A stretch of 64,000 nt of DNA from Gammaproteobacteria bacterium. Lineage in GTDB: Bacteria; Pseudomonadota; Gammaproteobacteria; Eutrophobiales; Eutrophobiaceae. Position 1 is the stretch's first letter, and the number at the start of each line of letters is the position of its first letter. Below are positions 49,735 to 61,900 of the stretch, piece after piece. The notes under the pieces are model-generated. The model saw only the letters and a list, made by a program, of their open reading frames with translations, was not told the DNA's origin and did not search any database. The DNA is taken from contig OZ251218.1 of assembly GCA_965240365.1 (NCBI GenBank), forward strand, positions 2,648,922 to 2,712,921, given 5' to 3'. The position numbers and the translations under genes are program-made.

Positions 49735-50833
49735 ATGTTCGAGATCAATCCGGCACTAGGCAAAATAACCGACATGCAGGCGCGGGTGGACGCGCTGAGG
49801 GGGTATCTTTGATTACGACCATAAATCGGAGCGGCTGGTAGAAGTACAGAGAGAGCTTGAGCAGCCCGATGTATGGCAAAACCCGCGGCGCGCGCAACAA
49901 CTCGGCAAAGAGCGCGCCGACCTGGAAAATATCGTTCAGACCATAAAGCAACTGGAACAATCACTCGGCGACGCCGTTGAACTCTTGAAACTGGCCGAGG
50001 AAGAGACCGACCAGGACACCTTTCAGTCCGTTCTGGAAGACCTTGACAACCTTGAACGGCAGCTTGCAACGCTTGAATTTCGCCGCATGTTCTCCGGTGA
50101 AATGGACGCCAACAACGCCTTCGTTGATATTCAGGCCGGCTCCGGCGGCACGGAGGCCCAGGACTGGGCCAACATGCTGCTGCGCATGTACCTGCGCTGG
50201 GGCGAGCAGAACGAATTCAAGACCGAATTGATCGAAGCCTCGCCGGGCGAGGTCGCCGGGATCAAAAGCGCGACCGTCCGTTATACCGGCGCCTATGCCT
50301 TTGGCTGGTTGCGCACCGAGACGGGCGTGCACCGGCTGGTCAGAAAATCGCCCTTTGACTCGGGCAACCGCCGCCATACCTCGTTTGCCTCCGTGTTCGT
50401 CTCCCCCGAGATCGACGACAGCATTGAAATAGAGATTAACCCGGCCGATGTGCGTATCGATACCTACCGCGCGAGCGGGGCGGGCGGCCAGCATGTCAAC
50501 AAAACAGATTCGGCGGTCAGACTGACGCACACCCCGACGGGTATCGTGGCGCAATGTCAAAACGACCGCTCGCAACACAAAAACAAAGAACAGGCCATGA
50601 AACAACTGCGCGCCAGGCTGTACGAACTTGAGATGCAAAAACGGAACTCCTCAAAGCAGGCGCTGGAAGAATCCAAGGCCGACATAGGCTGGGGCAGCCA
50701 GATACGCTCCTACGTGCTGGATCAATCGCGCGTCAAGGATCTAAGAACCGGCATCGAAACAAGCGACACGCGGGCCGTGCTGGACGGCGACCTGAACCGT
50801 TTTATCGAAGCCGGCCTCAAGAGCGGTTTGTGA
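49735..50833 (+). CDS. prfB: Peptide chain release factor 2 (programmed +1 frameshift)
   Basis: MFEINP...LRGYL* then +1 frame DYDHK...; [32 protein letters not shown]. Confidence 0.97.
49798..49813 (+). promoter_or_regulatory. prfB +1 frameshift site (internal SD AGGGGG, then TAT CTT TGA T)
   Basis: SD 3 nt upstream of CTT TGA, as in canonical RF2 recoding. Confidence 0.9.
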
Positions 50834-50982
50834 GCGAATCGTCAGGGAAACTTTAGATCATTAAAACCCGGCAAAAACAAAAACTTGAATTATGAACCGA
50901 CTCCCGGTAAATTCGGCGGAATAAATAAATAGACACGCCGCGCGCTAAAGACGCGCCCCATACCTGACCAAAGGAAAACGTT

Positions 50983-51486
50983 ATGGCCACAATGATCTCC
51001 GAAGTTTATCAAGCCTTTCTAAAAGGCGGCGCCCCCGAGCCCGCGGCGAGAGAAGCGGCCGAGGCGCTGTCGGAAGAGAATCTGAGCACGAAACGCGATG
51101 TTGATCAGGCAGAAAAGAGGTTAAGCCGTAAAATTGACGGGTCAAAAGAAGAACTGAACGCTAAAATTGACGCGGTCAGAGAAGAACTGACTGGCAAAAT
51201 TGACGGGGTTGAAAAAGAACTGAACGCTAAAATTGACGCGGTAAAAGAAGAACTGAACGCTAAAATTGACGCGGTCAGAGAAGAACTGAACGCTAAAATT
51301 GACGCTGTAAAAGAAGAACTGACCGCCAAAATTGACGGAGTAAAAGAAGAACTGACTGGTGAGATTAACGACATAAAGCGCAGCATGGCCGTGATGAAAT
51401 GGATGATGGGCACATGTATGGCGGGCATTGTCTCCCTTATGGCGGGTATGATTATTCTCCTGGTCAGGAGCTTCCTGTCGGTTTAG
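50983..51486 (+). CDS. Coiled-coil membrane-anchored protein with 11-aa KID repeats (DUF1640/CCDC90- or Bdr-like), copy 1
   Basis: Head MATMISEVYQAFLKGG..., LSTKRDV neck, ELNAKIDAVKE repeats (33-bp period), C-terminal TM. Confidence 0.75.
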   Translation: MATMISEVYQAFLKGGAPEPAAREAAEALSEENLSTKRDVDQAEKRLSRKIDGSKEELNAKIDAVREELTGKIDGVEKELNAKIDAVKEELNAKIDAVREELNAKIDAVKEELTAKIDGVKEELTGEINDIKRSMAVMKWMMGTCMAGIVSLMAGMIILLVRSFLSV

Positions 51487-51705
51487 AACCCCTGCCTGCC
51501 CGCGGCATACAGGAATAACGAAACGCCGAAAATGCCGTGTTCATTGCCATCCGCCGGCCTGTCAAAGCAACGTGCCAGAGACTCCAGGTCCCGCGCTGAA
51601 AAACATAACACTTGAATTATGAACCGACTCCCGGTAAATTCGGCACAATCAATGGACACGCCACACACAAAGACAAACGCCCTTACCTGACCAAAGGAAA
51701 AAATC

Positions 51706-52485
51706 ATGGCCACAATGATCTCCGAAGTATATCAAGCCTTTCTGAAAGGCGGCGCCCCCGAGCCCGCGGCGAGAGAAGCGGCCGAGGCGCTGTCGGAAGA
51801 AAATCTGAGCACGAAACGCGATGTTGACCAGGCAGAAAACAGGTTAAGTCGCAAAATTGACGGGGTCGAAAAAAAACTGACCGATAAAATTGACGGATCA
51901 AAAGAAGAATTGAACGCCAAAATTGACGAGTCAAAAGAAGAACTGAACGCCAAAATTGACGGGTCAAAAGAAGAACTGAACGCCAAAATTGACGGGTCAA
52001 AAGAAGAACTGAACGCCAAAATTGACGGGTCAAAAGAAGAACTGACCGGCAAAATTGACGCGGTCAGAGAAGAACTGACCACTAAAACTGACGGGGTTGA
52101 AAAAGCACTGAACGCCAGGATTGACGCGGTCAGAGAAGAACTGATCGCCAAAATTGACGGGGTTGAAAAAGCACTGAACGCCAGGATTGACGCGGTCAGA
52201 GAAGAACTGATCGCTAAAATTGACGGGGTTGAAAAAGCACTGAACGCCAAGATTGACGCGGTAAAAGAAGAACTGAACGCCAAAATTGACAGGGTAAAAG
52301 AAGAACTGAACACCAGAATTGACGCGGTCAGAGAAGAACTGATCGCCAAAATTGACGGGGTTGAAAAACGCCTCAGCGGCGAGATTAATGAAATCAAGCG
52401 TAGTATGGCCGTGACGCAATGGATGTTGGGCACAATCATGGTCGGTATTGCGTCCCTTCTGATCAAAAGTTTCTTTCCGGGATAA
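51706..52485 (+). CDS. Coiled-coil membrane-anchored protein with 11-aa KID repeats, copy 2 (longer stalk)
   Basis: First 44 aa identical to copy 1; more repeats; different TM tail. Confidence 0.75.
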   Translation: MATMISEVYQAFLKGGAPEPAAREAAEALSEENLSTKRDVDQAENRLSRKIDGVEKKLTDKIDGSKEELNAKIDESKEELNAKIDGSKEELNAKIDGSKEELNAKIDGSKEELTGKIDAVREELTTKTDGVEKALNARIDAVREELIAKIDGVEKALNARIDAVREELIAKIDGVEKALNAKIDAVKEELNAKIDRVKEELNTRIDAVREELIAKIDGVEKRLSGEINEIKRSMAVTQWMLGTIMVGIASLLIKSFFPG

Positions 52486-52861
52486 AAACCCGGCCTCCCG
52501 CCCTAGCTGGTTGCCCGCAGCACACGGGAACAACGCGTCGGCGAGAATGTCGCGTTCATTAGTCATCCGCTGGCTTGTCAAGACAGCGTGCCAACCGGGA
52601 CATAATAATCCTTGAACTGTGAACCGGTTCACAATAAATTCTGCAAAATCTGATAAATATTCCGCATAAACATCTATCCAAAATAAAGATCTAAGCGGAT
52701 AATGGTTCAAATCCTGCTCGCGCGGGTGATCGCCGTTTTCTGATGATGTTGAAAATATATTGGCACAGGGGCCTGCCTGCAGCAGGCAGGCCGGAATGAC
52801 GACAGGGTGAGAGTGGCGATGAGATGAGAACGATAATAATAGCCAAAATAACACAAAAAAG

Positions 52862-52900
52862 TTTTAAGGAAGCTCTGATTCAATCAGAGTTTCCTTAAAA
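52862..52900. repeat. 39-bp palindrome related to 53-81
   Basis: TTTTAAGGAAGCTCTGATT-C-AATCAGAGTTTCCTTAAAA. Confidence 0.8.
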
Positions 52901-52970
52901 TAACGGTAATGCGCCCGGCAACGGCGCGGACAAGACAGCAACGCAGCAAGCGGCAACCAGGACCACGGTC

Positions 52971-55900
52971 ATGACTATGAACAAGACAGCAACCGCAACG
53001 CACACCCAAACCCGCAGGCAACGCCGTTCGGCGACCCGCCGTTCCCGGCCCAAAGCCGCCTTTCCCGGCATCCCCCCGCACCCGCTCAAACCCCTGACGG
53101 CCCTCGTCCGGGCCACGCTCCCGGTTACCCTGCTTGGCCTGCCGGCCGTAAGTCTGGCCGGCCCCGAGGGCGGTGTGGTGACGGCCGGGTCGGGCATCAT
53201 CGCGCGGCCGGATGCGCGGACGACCAATATTCAGCAACACTCCCAAAACCTCATCCTCAACTGGGACAGCTACAACGTCCAGGCCAACGAGGCCGTCAAC
53301 TACCGTCAGCCCAACGCCAATGCGCAGGCGCTGAACCGCATCCTCGACCACAATCCGAGCCAGATCTTCGGTCAGATTAACGCCAACGGCAAAGTCCTGC
53401 TGGTGAATCCGAACGGAGTATTCTTCAAGCCGGGGGCGCGTGTGAACGTGGGGGGTCTGGTGGCCTCGGGTCTGAATATCAGTGACAAGGACTTTCTGGC
53501 GGGCAAGTATCACTTTGCCAACGCCGAAGGCAATCCGGGCGCGGTTATCAATCAGGGTTTGATTCAGGCGGCGACCGGCGGGGCGGTGTCGCTGATAGGC
53601 GGGGCGGTGAAGAACGAGGGGACGATCCTGGCCCATGCCGGTCAGGTGAATCTGGTTGCTGGCAGGGCGATGGCGATGGATTTTGACGGGGACGGTCTGA
53701 TTCAGTTTGCGGTGACCGAGGAACTGCTGGAACGGGCCGAGGGTCTGGAAGAAGCGGTGTCCAACACGGGCGTAATAAAGGCCGAGGGCGGGGCGGTATT
53801 GTTGAAGGGCCGTGCGGCGCGGGACGTGTTCACGCGGGTGGTGAACAACAGCGGCGTGATTGGCGCGGGCCGGGTGGAAAGCAACGGCGGGGTGATTCGG
53901 CTGGTGGCCGAAGGCGCCGGGAGTTCGTTGCTTAACACGGGCGTGTTGAACGCGGCCTCTGAAAAGGGCGCGGGCGGGGCGGTTAAGCTGGAAGCCGGGG
54001 GTAAGGTTGAGGTTTCGGGTAAGGCGCGGATTACGGCGGCCTCCGGGTCCGGCCAGGGTGGGCGGATTGATATTAGTGGTGCGGATGTGGCTGTTTCGGG
54101 TAGCGCCCTGATTACTGCCGCCTCGGGGACGGGTCAGGCCCGGGCCGGTGATGCCCTTCTCAACGTGGATTCCAGCTTTCGCCGGGCGGCTACGGGCGTC
54201 CTGCCCTCTCGCCGCATACAGGGCGTCCTGCCCATAAATGACGACGGGGGCGGGGCCAGGAATGGCGGCCAGAATAACGGCGAAGCCACAGGATCCAAAG
54301 GACTGGCAACAAATAAAAAACCCCGTCATTCCAGCGAAAGCTGGAATCCAGGAAAAACAACCCATTCCGGCGCAGGCCGGAATGACAACAGAGGGGGCAC
54401 AATCAGACTCCAGGCCCAAAACAAGGCCGTGGTCTCGGACAAGGCCCAAATTACCGTCGCCTCCGCAACCGGCAAGGGCGGCCACATTCAAATCACCGGT
54501 GACAAGGTCGGTATCCTGGGCCAGGCCCGGCTGGACGCCTCGGGCGCGGCCGGGGGCGGCGTGATTCTGCTTGGCGGCGATTATCAGGGCAAGAACCCAG
54601 CGGTCAGGAACGCCACGGTCACCTATATCGGCAAGGGCGCGCTGCTGAACACGGACGCCACCCAAAAAGGCAAGGGCGGCCGAATCATCGTCTGGGCAAA
54701 CGACACCACGCGCTATCACGGCCGGATTTCGGCCCGCGGCGGCGCAAAGGGCGGCGATGGCGGCTTTGTGGAGGTCTCGGGCAAGCGTTATCTGGCGTTT
54801 CGGGGCGAGGTGGATGTGGCCGCGCCCAGGGGCCGGGCCGGGACCCTGCTGCTGGACCCGAACGACCTTTGCATCGGCGGCACGGCCACCTCGAACAGTT
54901 GCGGCGGCACAGCCGCCAACCCCACGCCGGAAGACACCAGTAACCCCTTTAGCGCGGCCTCGGCCACGGCCAACTCCTGGGTCAGTCAGGCGACCCTGGA
55001 CGCCGTCGGCAATGCCAATATCATCCTCCAGGCCGATCAGGACATCTTCTTCGACAGCAACATCAGCCTCGGCACCCCCGGCAGACCCCCAACCCGCTCC
55101 GCCCGCGCGGTCCCCGCCGTCCCCTATCGCGGCGAGTTCCTCCTCATCGCCGGGCGCCATATCAACATGAACGGCTACAGCCTGACCCTCTACAACACGG
55201 TGGCCACCGACAACTCGGCCCGCTTTTACGCGGGCACGGCGACCCGGGCGGGCAACATCACGCTCGGCGGGGTCAATGCCGGCAAGGTGTACCTCTCGGC
55301 CACGGGCGCGGTCAGCCAGACCGCGGGCATCATCAACACCAACGATCTCCACCTCAACGAGAACCGTCCGCTTAATACCGGCACGGGGACCCTGGCCGCC
55401 GCCCAGACCTACAACGGCGCCTACACCCTCACCCGCGAAAACCAGCTCGCCCGCCTGTATATCGGCGGCGTCATGGGCGGCGATATCAACTTCCGGGGCA
55501 GGACGAACTTTAGTCTCGCCAGCGCCATCAACACCGGCGCGAGCACGACAGACCGCAAGACCCTCACCCTCTCCAGCAGCGGCCATATCACCCAGGCCGC
55601 GGGTTCGATCATCTCCGGCACGGGCCATCTGGTCAAGCGGGGCGAACGGCCCGCCGCCGGCGGGCGGGGCGCGCCGGGCATCCGCGCGGGCACGCTCACG
55701 CTGAGCCTGGCCAACACCTACAGCGGCAACACCACGGTCCGGCAGGGGATCCTGCGGGTCACCAACAGCAACGCGCTCGGCACGCCCGCCACGGGCATGA
55801 CCAACACCACGGTCGAACGCGGCGCGACCCTGCAACTCGCCGGCGGCCTCACCTTCAACCGCGAAACCCTGACCCTGAGCGGCCAGGGTTACCAGGGTAA

Positions 55901-58900
55901 TTCGCTCCAGTTCGCCGACCAGCCCCTGGGCGCGCTGCACAACGAGCAAGGCGCCAACACCTGGCTTGGCACGATTACCCTCGGCGCGGACGCCGCCATC
56001 AAGGCCATGTCCGTCAGCATCACCGACAGGGCGAGAGGCGGGGTAGTCCCGCCGGGCGCCCCCCTGACCCTCGGCGGTGAAATTCAGACCGCGGGCAATA
56101 ATCTGACCCTGCACGCCGCGGGCGCCATCACATCGAGCGGGATAATCGTGCGAGAAGGGCTCTTTGCGCGCGACCGCAGCGCCTCCTCCATCAAGGTCGA
56201 GCGGAACACGGCCGGCGCCAGTGCCATCACCGGCGCGGGCGGTCTGGTCAAGGCCGGGACCGGCCTGCTCACGCTGAGTTCGCCGAACAGCTACACGGGC
56301 GAGACCTTCGTCAGCAGGGGCGAACTGCGGGTGGAAAGCAGCGGCCAGGCTATCGGGGGCGCGCTGCGCCTGGCCAACGAGCCCGGGGCGAAGGTCGCGT
56401 TTCAATCGACCGGCAACCCCGCCATCGGCAGCCTCAGCGGCGGCGGCGCCCGGGGCGGCAATATCGAGCTTGTCAGGGGCCGTACCCTGACCATAAACCA
56501 GACCGTCGATGGCGCTTACAGCGGCGTCATCAGCGAGACCGGCACGCCCGCCACGGGCCGCGTCAGCCTCATCAAGACCGGCGCGGGCAGGCTCACGCTG
56601 GGCGGAAGCAACAGCTACACGGGCGCGACCACGGTCCGCAACGGCATCCTCGCCATCAGCAACAGCGGCGCGCTGGGCGCGGGCACGGGCGCGACCGCGC
56701 GCGTCACCGTAAACACCGGCGCCACGCTGGAACTCGAAGGCCCGACCAGCGGCGCCGGTCTCGGTCTCGGCAAGCTCCTGACCCTGAACGGGCGGGGCTT
56801 CAACAGCGGCACGGCGGCCACGCCGGATTATCGAGGCGCGCTGCGCAATGCCACGGGCGCCAACACCTGGTCCGGCGCGATCACGCTTGGCTCCACCGCC
56901 GCCATCCATAATGCCGATACCACCAATGCCCTGACGATCAGCGGCGTCATCAGCGGTACTAACTTCGGCCTGCGCAAGACCGGCCCCGGCGCGCTCACGC
57001 TCGGCGCGACCAACACCTACACGGGCGTCACCCGGGTGGAAGGCGGCACGCTGAAACTCGGCGGGAGCAACGCCATCAACAGCGGCGGCAGTCTGGTGGT
57101 CGCGGGCGGGACCTTCGACCTCGCGGGCTACGAAAACACCTTTAGCGGCGTGCAACTGCTCAGCGGCACGATTACCGACAGCGGCCGCCCGCCGCCGGTT
57201 GGCACTATCGGAATCCGTTACGGCGCGCTCACGCTGAACAATGTCGGCACGGCCGCCAGCGGCCGCCGCTACTTCGACCTGCGGGAGGGCACGGTCAGCG
57301 CCGGTCTCGCGGGCACGGCGGGCCTTAGAAAGACGGGCGCGGGCAGAGTGACCCTTGCCAGGGCCGTCACGGACAACACCTACGAAGGCGCCACCTTCAT
57401 CGACGAGGGCACGCTCACTATCGCCACCGGCGACGCCCTGGGCGGCGTCCTGGAAGAAGGCGAGCTAACCACCACCACCACCGTCGCCGCGGGCGCGACC
57501 CTGGAACTGGACCCCGGGGCGGGCGAGACGCTCAACATCGACGAAAACCTGATCCTGAACGGCACGGGCCATAACAACCGGGGCGCGCTGCGCAACGTCA
57601 GCGGGACCAACACCGTGGCCAGCCCGATCCGGCTGGCGAGCAACGCCACCATCCACAACGCCAGCGTCGCCACGGGCGCGGCGCCCACCCTGATCCTGAG
57701 TGGCGCCCTGACCCTGCAAAGCGCCGCGACCCCGGCCGTGGCCGCCGGCCTCACCCTCACGGGCGCGGGCAAGACCCGCATCACGGGCCGGATTACCGGC
57801 CTCGGCGGCCTGATCAAACAGGGCGCGGGTACGCTGGTGCTCAACCGAAGCGTGGCGGCCACGGCCAACAACTACCAGGGCGGCACGCGCATTGAAGCGG
57901 GCGAACTCGAACTTCAGGGCGGTCACGCCAGCCCCGATGACGGCGCGGCCGGGCGGGGCGTTACGCTGGCCAATACGGCCGGCGCGACGCTGCGCGTGAG
58001 CAACAGCGAGACCATCGCTTCGCTCACGGGCGGCGGCGACGCGGGCGGCAATGTCGAGCTTGCCAACGGCCAGACCCTGACCGTCAGCAACGCGAGAGGC
58101 AACACCACCACCTATTCCGGCCTTATCAGCGGCGTCAATGCCAACCTCGTCAAGACCGGCGCGGGCCGGCTCACGCTCGGCGGCGCCAACACCTACGCCG
58201 GAACCACCCTGGTCAACGGCGGCACGCTCGCCATCGCCAACAGCGCCGCGCTGGGCGCGGGCGCGGTCACGGTCAACACTGGCGGCGTGCTGGCGCTGAG
58301 TTCCGACCCGGGCGGCGCCGGCCTCACCCTGAGCCGGGACCTGACCCTGGCCGGCGGCGCGCTCGGCAATGTCCGGGGCAATAACACCTACAGCGGCGCG
58401 CTGACGTTCACCGCCGCCAGCATCATTCAGAGCGCGTCCGGCACGCTGACCGTCAGCCGCAACCTGAGCCTGCAAAGCACCGCGACCACCCCCGCGGCCC
58501 TTGACCTCACCATAAAAGGCGCGGGCGATGTCGTCCTCTCGGGCCGCATCAGCGGCCCTGGCGGCCTGATCAAGGGCGATACCCTCGCCCCCGACACGGG
58601 CCGGCTCAGGCTCACGGGCGACAACAGCTTCGCGGGCGCGGTGCGGGTCAACCAGGGCGCGCTCCGCGTCGAGCACAACAACGCGCTGGGCACGGCCCCT
58701 GAAAACGCGGCCAGCACGACCACCGTGGGCGCCAACGGCGCCCTGGAACTCGCGGGCGGCGCGGGCAACCTGAGCATCGCCGGCGCCGAAAGCCTGAGAC
58801 TGGACGGGCAGGGCGCCCTGGGGGACGCCGGCGCCAACCTCGGCGCGCTGCGCAATGTCAGCGGCGACAATACGATCAACGGCAATATCCTGCTTGAGGG

Positions 58901-61900
58901 CAACGCCACCATCCACGTCGTCGCGGGCGCGGGCCTCACGCTCGCGGGCGTCATCAGCGGCGTGGTCCTGGACACGCTGTCCTCGCCGGCCGGCCTGATC
59001 AAGGAAGGCGCGGGCAAGCTCACGCTCACGGGCGCGAACACCTACCAGGGCGACACCGACATCGCCGCGGGCGAACTGGAACTCAACAACAGCGCCGGCA
59101 ATGCCCTGCGCGACAGCGCCGCCGTCAAGCTGGCCAATACCGCCAGCGCCCAACTCACCGTCGTCAACAGCGAGACCATCGGCGCGCTCTCCGGCGGCGG
59201 CGCGCGCGGGCGGCAACATCACCATTGCAACAGCGGTCAAAGGCTGACCATAAACCAGACCGGCGACACGACTTACAACGGCCTCATCAGCGGCGCGGGC
59301 GGCGCGGGCGGCGGTCTCACCAAGACCGGCGCGGGCGCGCTCACGCTCGGCGGCGCGAACACCTACGCCGGGACCACCCTGGTCAACCAGGGCAAACTCG
59401 CCATTACGCACGACACCGCGCTCGGGGCCACGGGCAGCGGCAACGGGACCACCGTGGCCAGCGGCGCGACCCTGGAACTGCGGGGCAGGCTGACCCTGAA
59501 CGCGGCCGGCCAGGTCACGGCCTACGTGGGCCAAATCAGCGTGGCCGAAGACCTGACACTAAACGGCGGCACGCTGCGCAACCTGCACGGCTTCAATACG
59601 CTAAGCGGCGCGATCACGCTCGGGGCCGACAGCCTTATCGACAGCGCACCGCGACGAGACTCGCAAGGACATTCCTGGTCGGCGGCGAGACCATCCCCAG
59701 CACCGGCCTTCTGGGCCGCCTGACCCTCTCCGGCGTCATCCGCAGCGGGAGCAGCAATTACGGCCTGAGCAAGCTCGGCCAGAACAACCTGGTCCTCTCG
59801 GGCGCGAACACCTACCGCGGCGATACCGTCGTTGCCCGGGGCACGCTGACGGCCAGCCACAACAGCGCCCTCGGCGTCACGGCGGGCGGGACCATCGTCT
59901 ATAACAACGCGAACCTGAGCTTGCAGGGCAATATCGCCATCGGCAATGAAGCCCTGACGCTTGCCGGCGGCAGCCTCAACAGCGGCACGGGCAACAACAG
60001 TTGGGCCGGTGACATTGTCCTCGACGTCACCCGCGCCCGCACCAGCGCCGGCACGGTGACCCTCGGCACGGCCAGCGCCACCAGCGCCATCAACGCCCTG
60101 CGCGGCAATTTCCGCGTCACCGGCAACATCCGCCTCAGTGACCCGGCCAGCGCGGGCGCGGCGGCCCGCGCCCATACCCTCCAGGTCTCCACCGCCCCGG
60201 CCTTCGGCCGGACCCCGGCCAGCGCCGTAACCCTCGGCGGCAATATCAGCGGCGCGGATGGCGGGCTGACCAAGGCCGGCGCGGGCGATCTGCGGCTGAC
60301 CGGCACCAACACCTACACCGGCCCGACCACCATCAACGGCGGCAGCATCACGCTCACCGGAAACAACGACATCCCCACCGCCAGCCGCCTGATTATCAAC
60401 AACGGCGGGACCCTGGCGATGGGCGACTACAACCAGACCCTGAGGGGCCTGCGGCTGAACGATGGCAACATCACGGCCAACGCCCGGCTCGCCGCCGCCG
60501 GGGCCGCCGAACGGGGCGTGCTGACCGTGACCCCGCGCGCCGGCACGGAAACCGCCACCGAGGGCCTCGGCGAATTTGACGTGCGCAAGGGCCGCATTGA
60601 GGCCATCCTGCGCGGGACCAACATCAACCTCGTCAAGCGCTCGGACGGCACGACCACGGGCGCCGACATCGGCGGCGCCGTGCGCCTGAGCTTTACCGGC
60701 GCGCACCCGCTCACGGGCGATCTCACCATCGAGGCCGGGCGGCTGATTATTGACGGCGTGACCGCCGGCGGCGGCGCCCTGACCGTGCGCGGCGGCGACT
60801 ACGACCTGCGCGGCCGCGTCCGCACCTGGGCCAGCGTGACCCTGGTCTCGGGCAGCATCAGCGACAGCGGGCGGGAAGTGGCTGACGGCAGCGGCGGCAC
60901 GCGCCTCGAATACGGCGCGCTGACCGTCAGCGGGGCGGGGACCTTCAATCTGCAAAGCGGCGCGGTCAGCGCGAAGCTCTCCGGCGCCGGCGCGCTGGCC
61001 AAGAACGCCGCCACCGGGGACAATCCCAACACCGTCACCCTCGGCAACGCCAACAACGACTACAGCGGCCAGACCACCGTCAACAACGGCACGCTGGCCA
61101 TCACCGGCGCCGGCGCGCTGGGCGCGGGCGCGATCACGGTCAACAGCGGCGGCGTGCTGGCGCTGAGTTCCGACCCGGCCGGCGCCGGCTTCACGCTGAG
61201 CCGCGCCCTGAGCCTGGCCGGCGGCGCGCTCGGCAACGTCCGTGGCAACAACAGCTACAACGGCAACCTCAGCTTCACCGCGGCCGGCGGCATTCAGAGC
61301 GCGGCCGGCCGGCTGACCGTCAGCAGCGCCTTGCGCCTGCAAACCGCCGCCGGCGCGGCCTGGAACCTCACCGTAAAAGGCGCGGGCGATGTCGTCCTCT
61401 CCGGCCTCATCAGCGGCGCGGGCGGCCTGATCAAGGGCGAGTCCGGCGCGGCGGGCGCGGGCGACACGGGCCGCCTCACGCTCTCCGGCGCGAACACCTA
61501 CGCCGGCGCGACCGCCGTCAATCACGGCGTGCTGCGCATCCAGAACGCCGGCGCGCTGGGCGCGGCCACGAGCGCGGCCACGGACGACACCACCGTGGCC
61601 GGCGGCGGGACCCTGGAACTCGACCCCGCGACCGGCAACCTCGCCCTGGACGCCAACGAGGGCCTGAGCCTGGCCGGGCAGGGCGCGCTCGGCGACCCGA
61701 CGAACCCCGCCAGCGCCCGCCTCGGCGCGCTGCGCAGCGTCCGCGGCGCCAACACCGTCCGCGCCAATATCACGCTCACGGGCGACGCCGCCATCTACAG
61801 CGCCGCCGGCGCGGCTAACAGCCTCACGCTCCCGGGCGTCATCAGCCACGCCGCCGGCGCAGCCTTCGGTTTCAGCAAGACCGGCGCGGGCCGGCTCACG

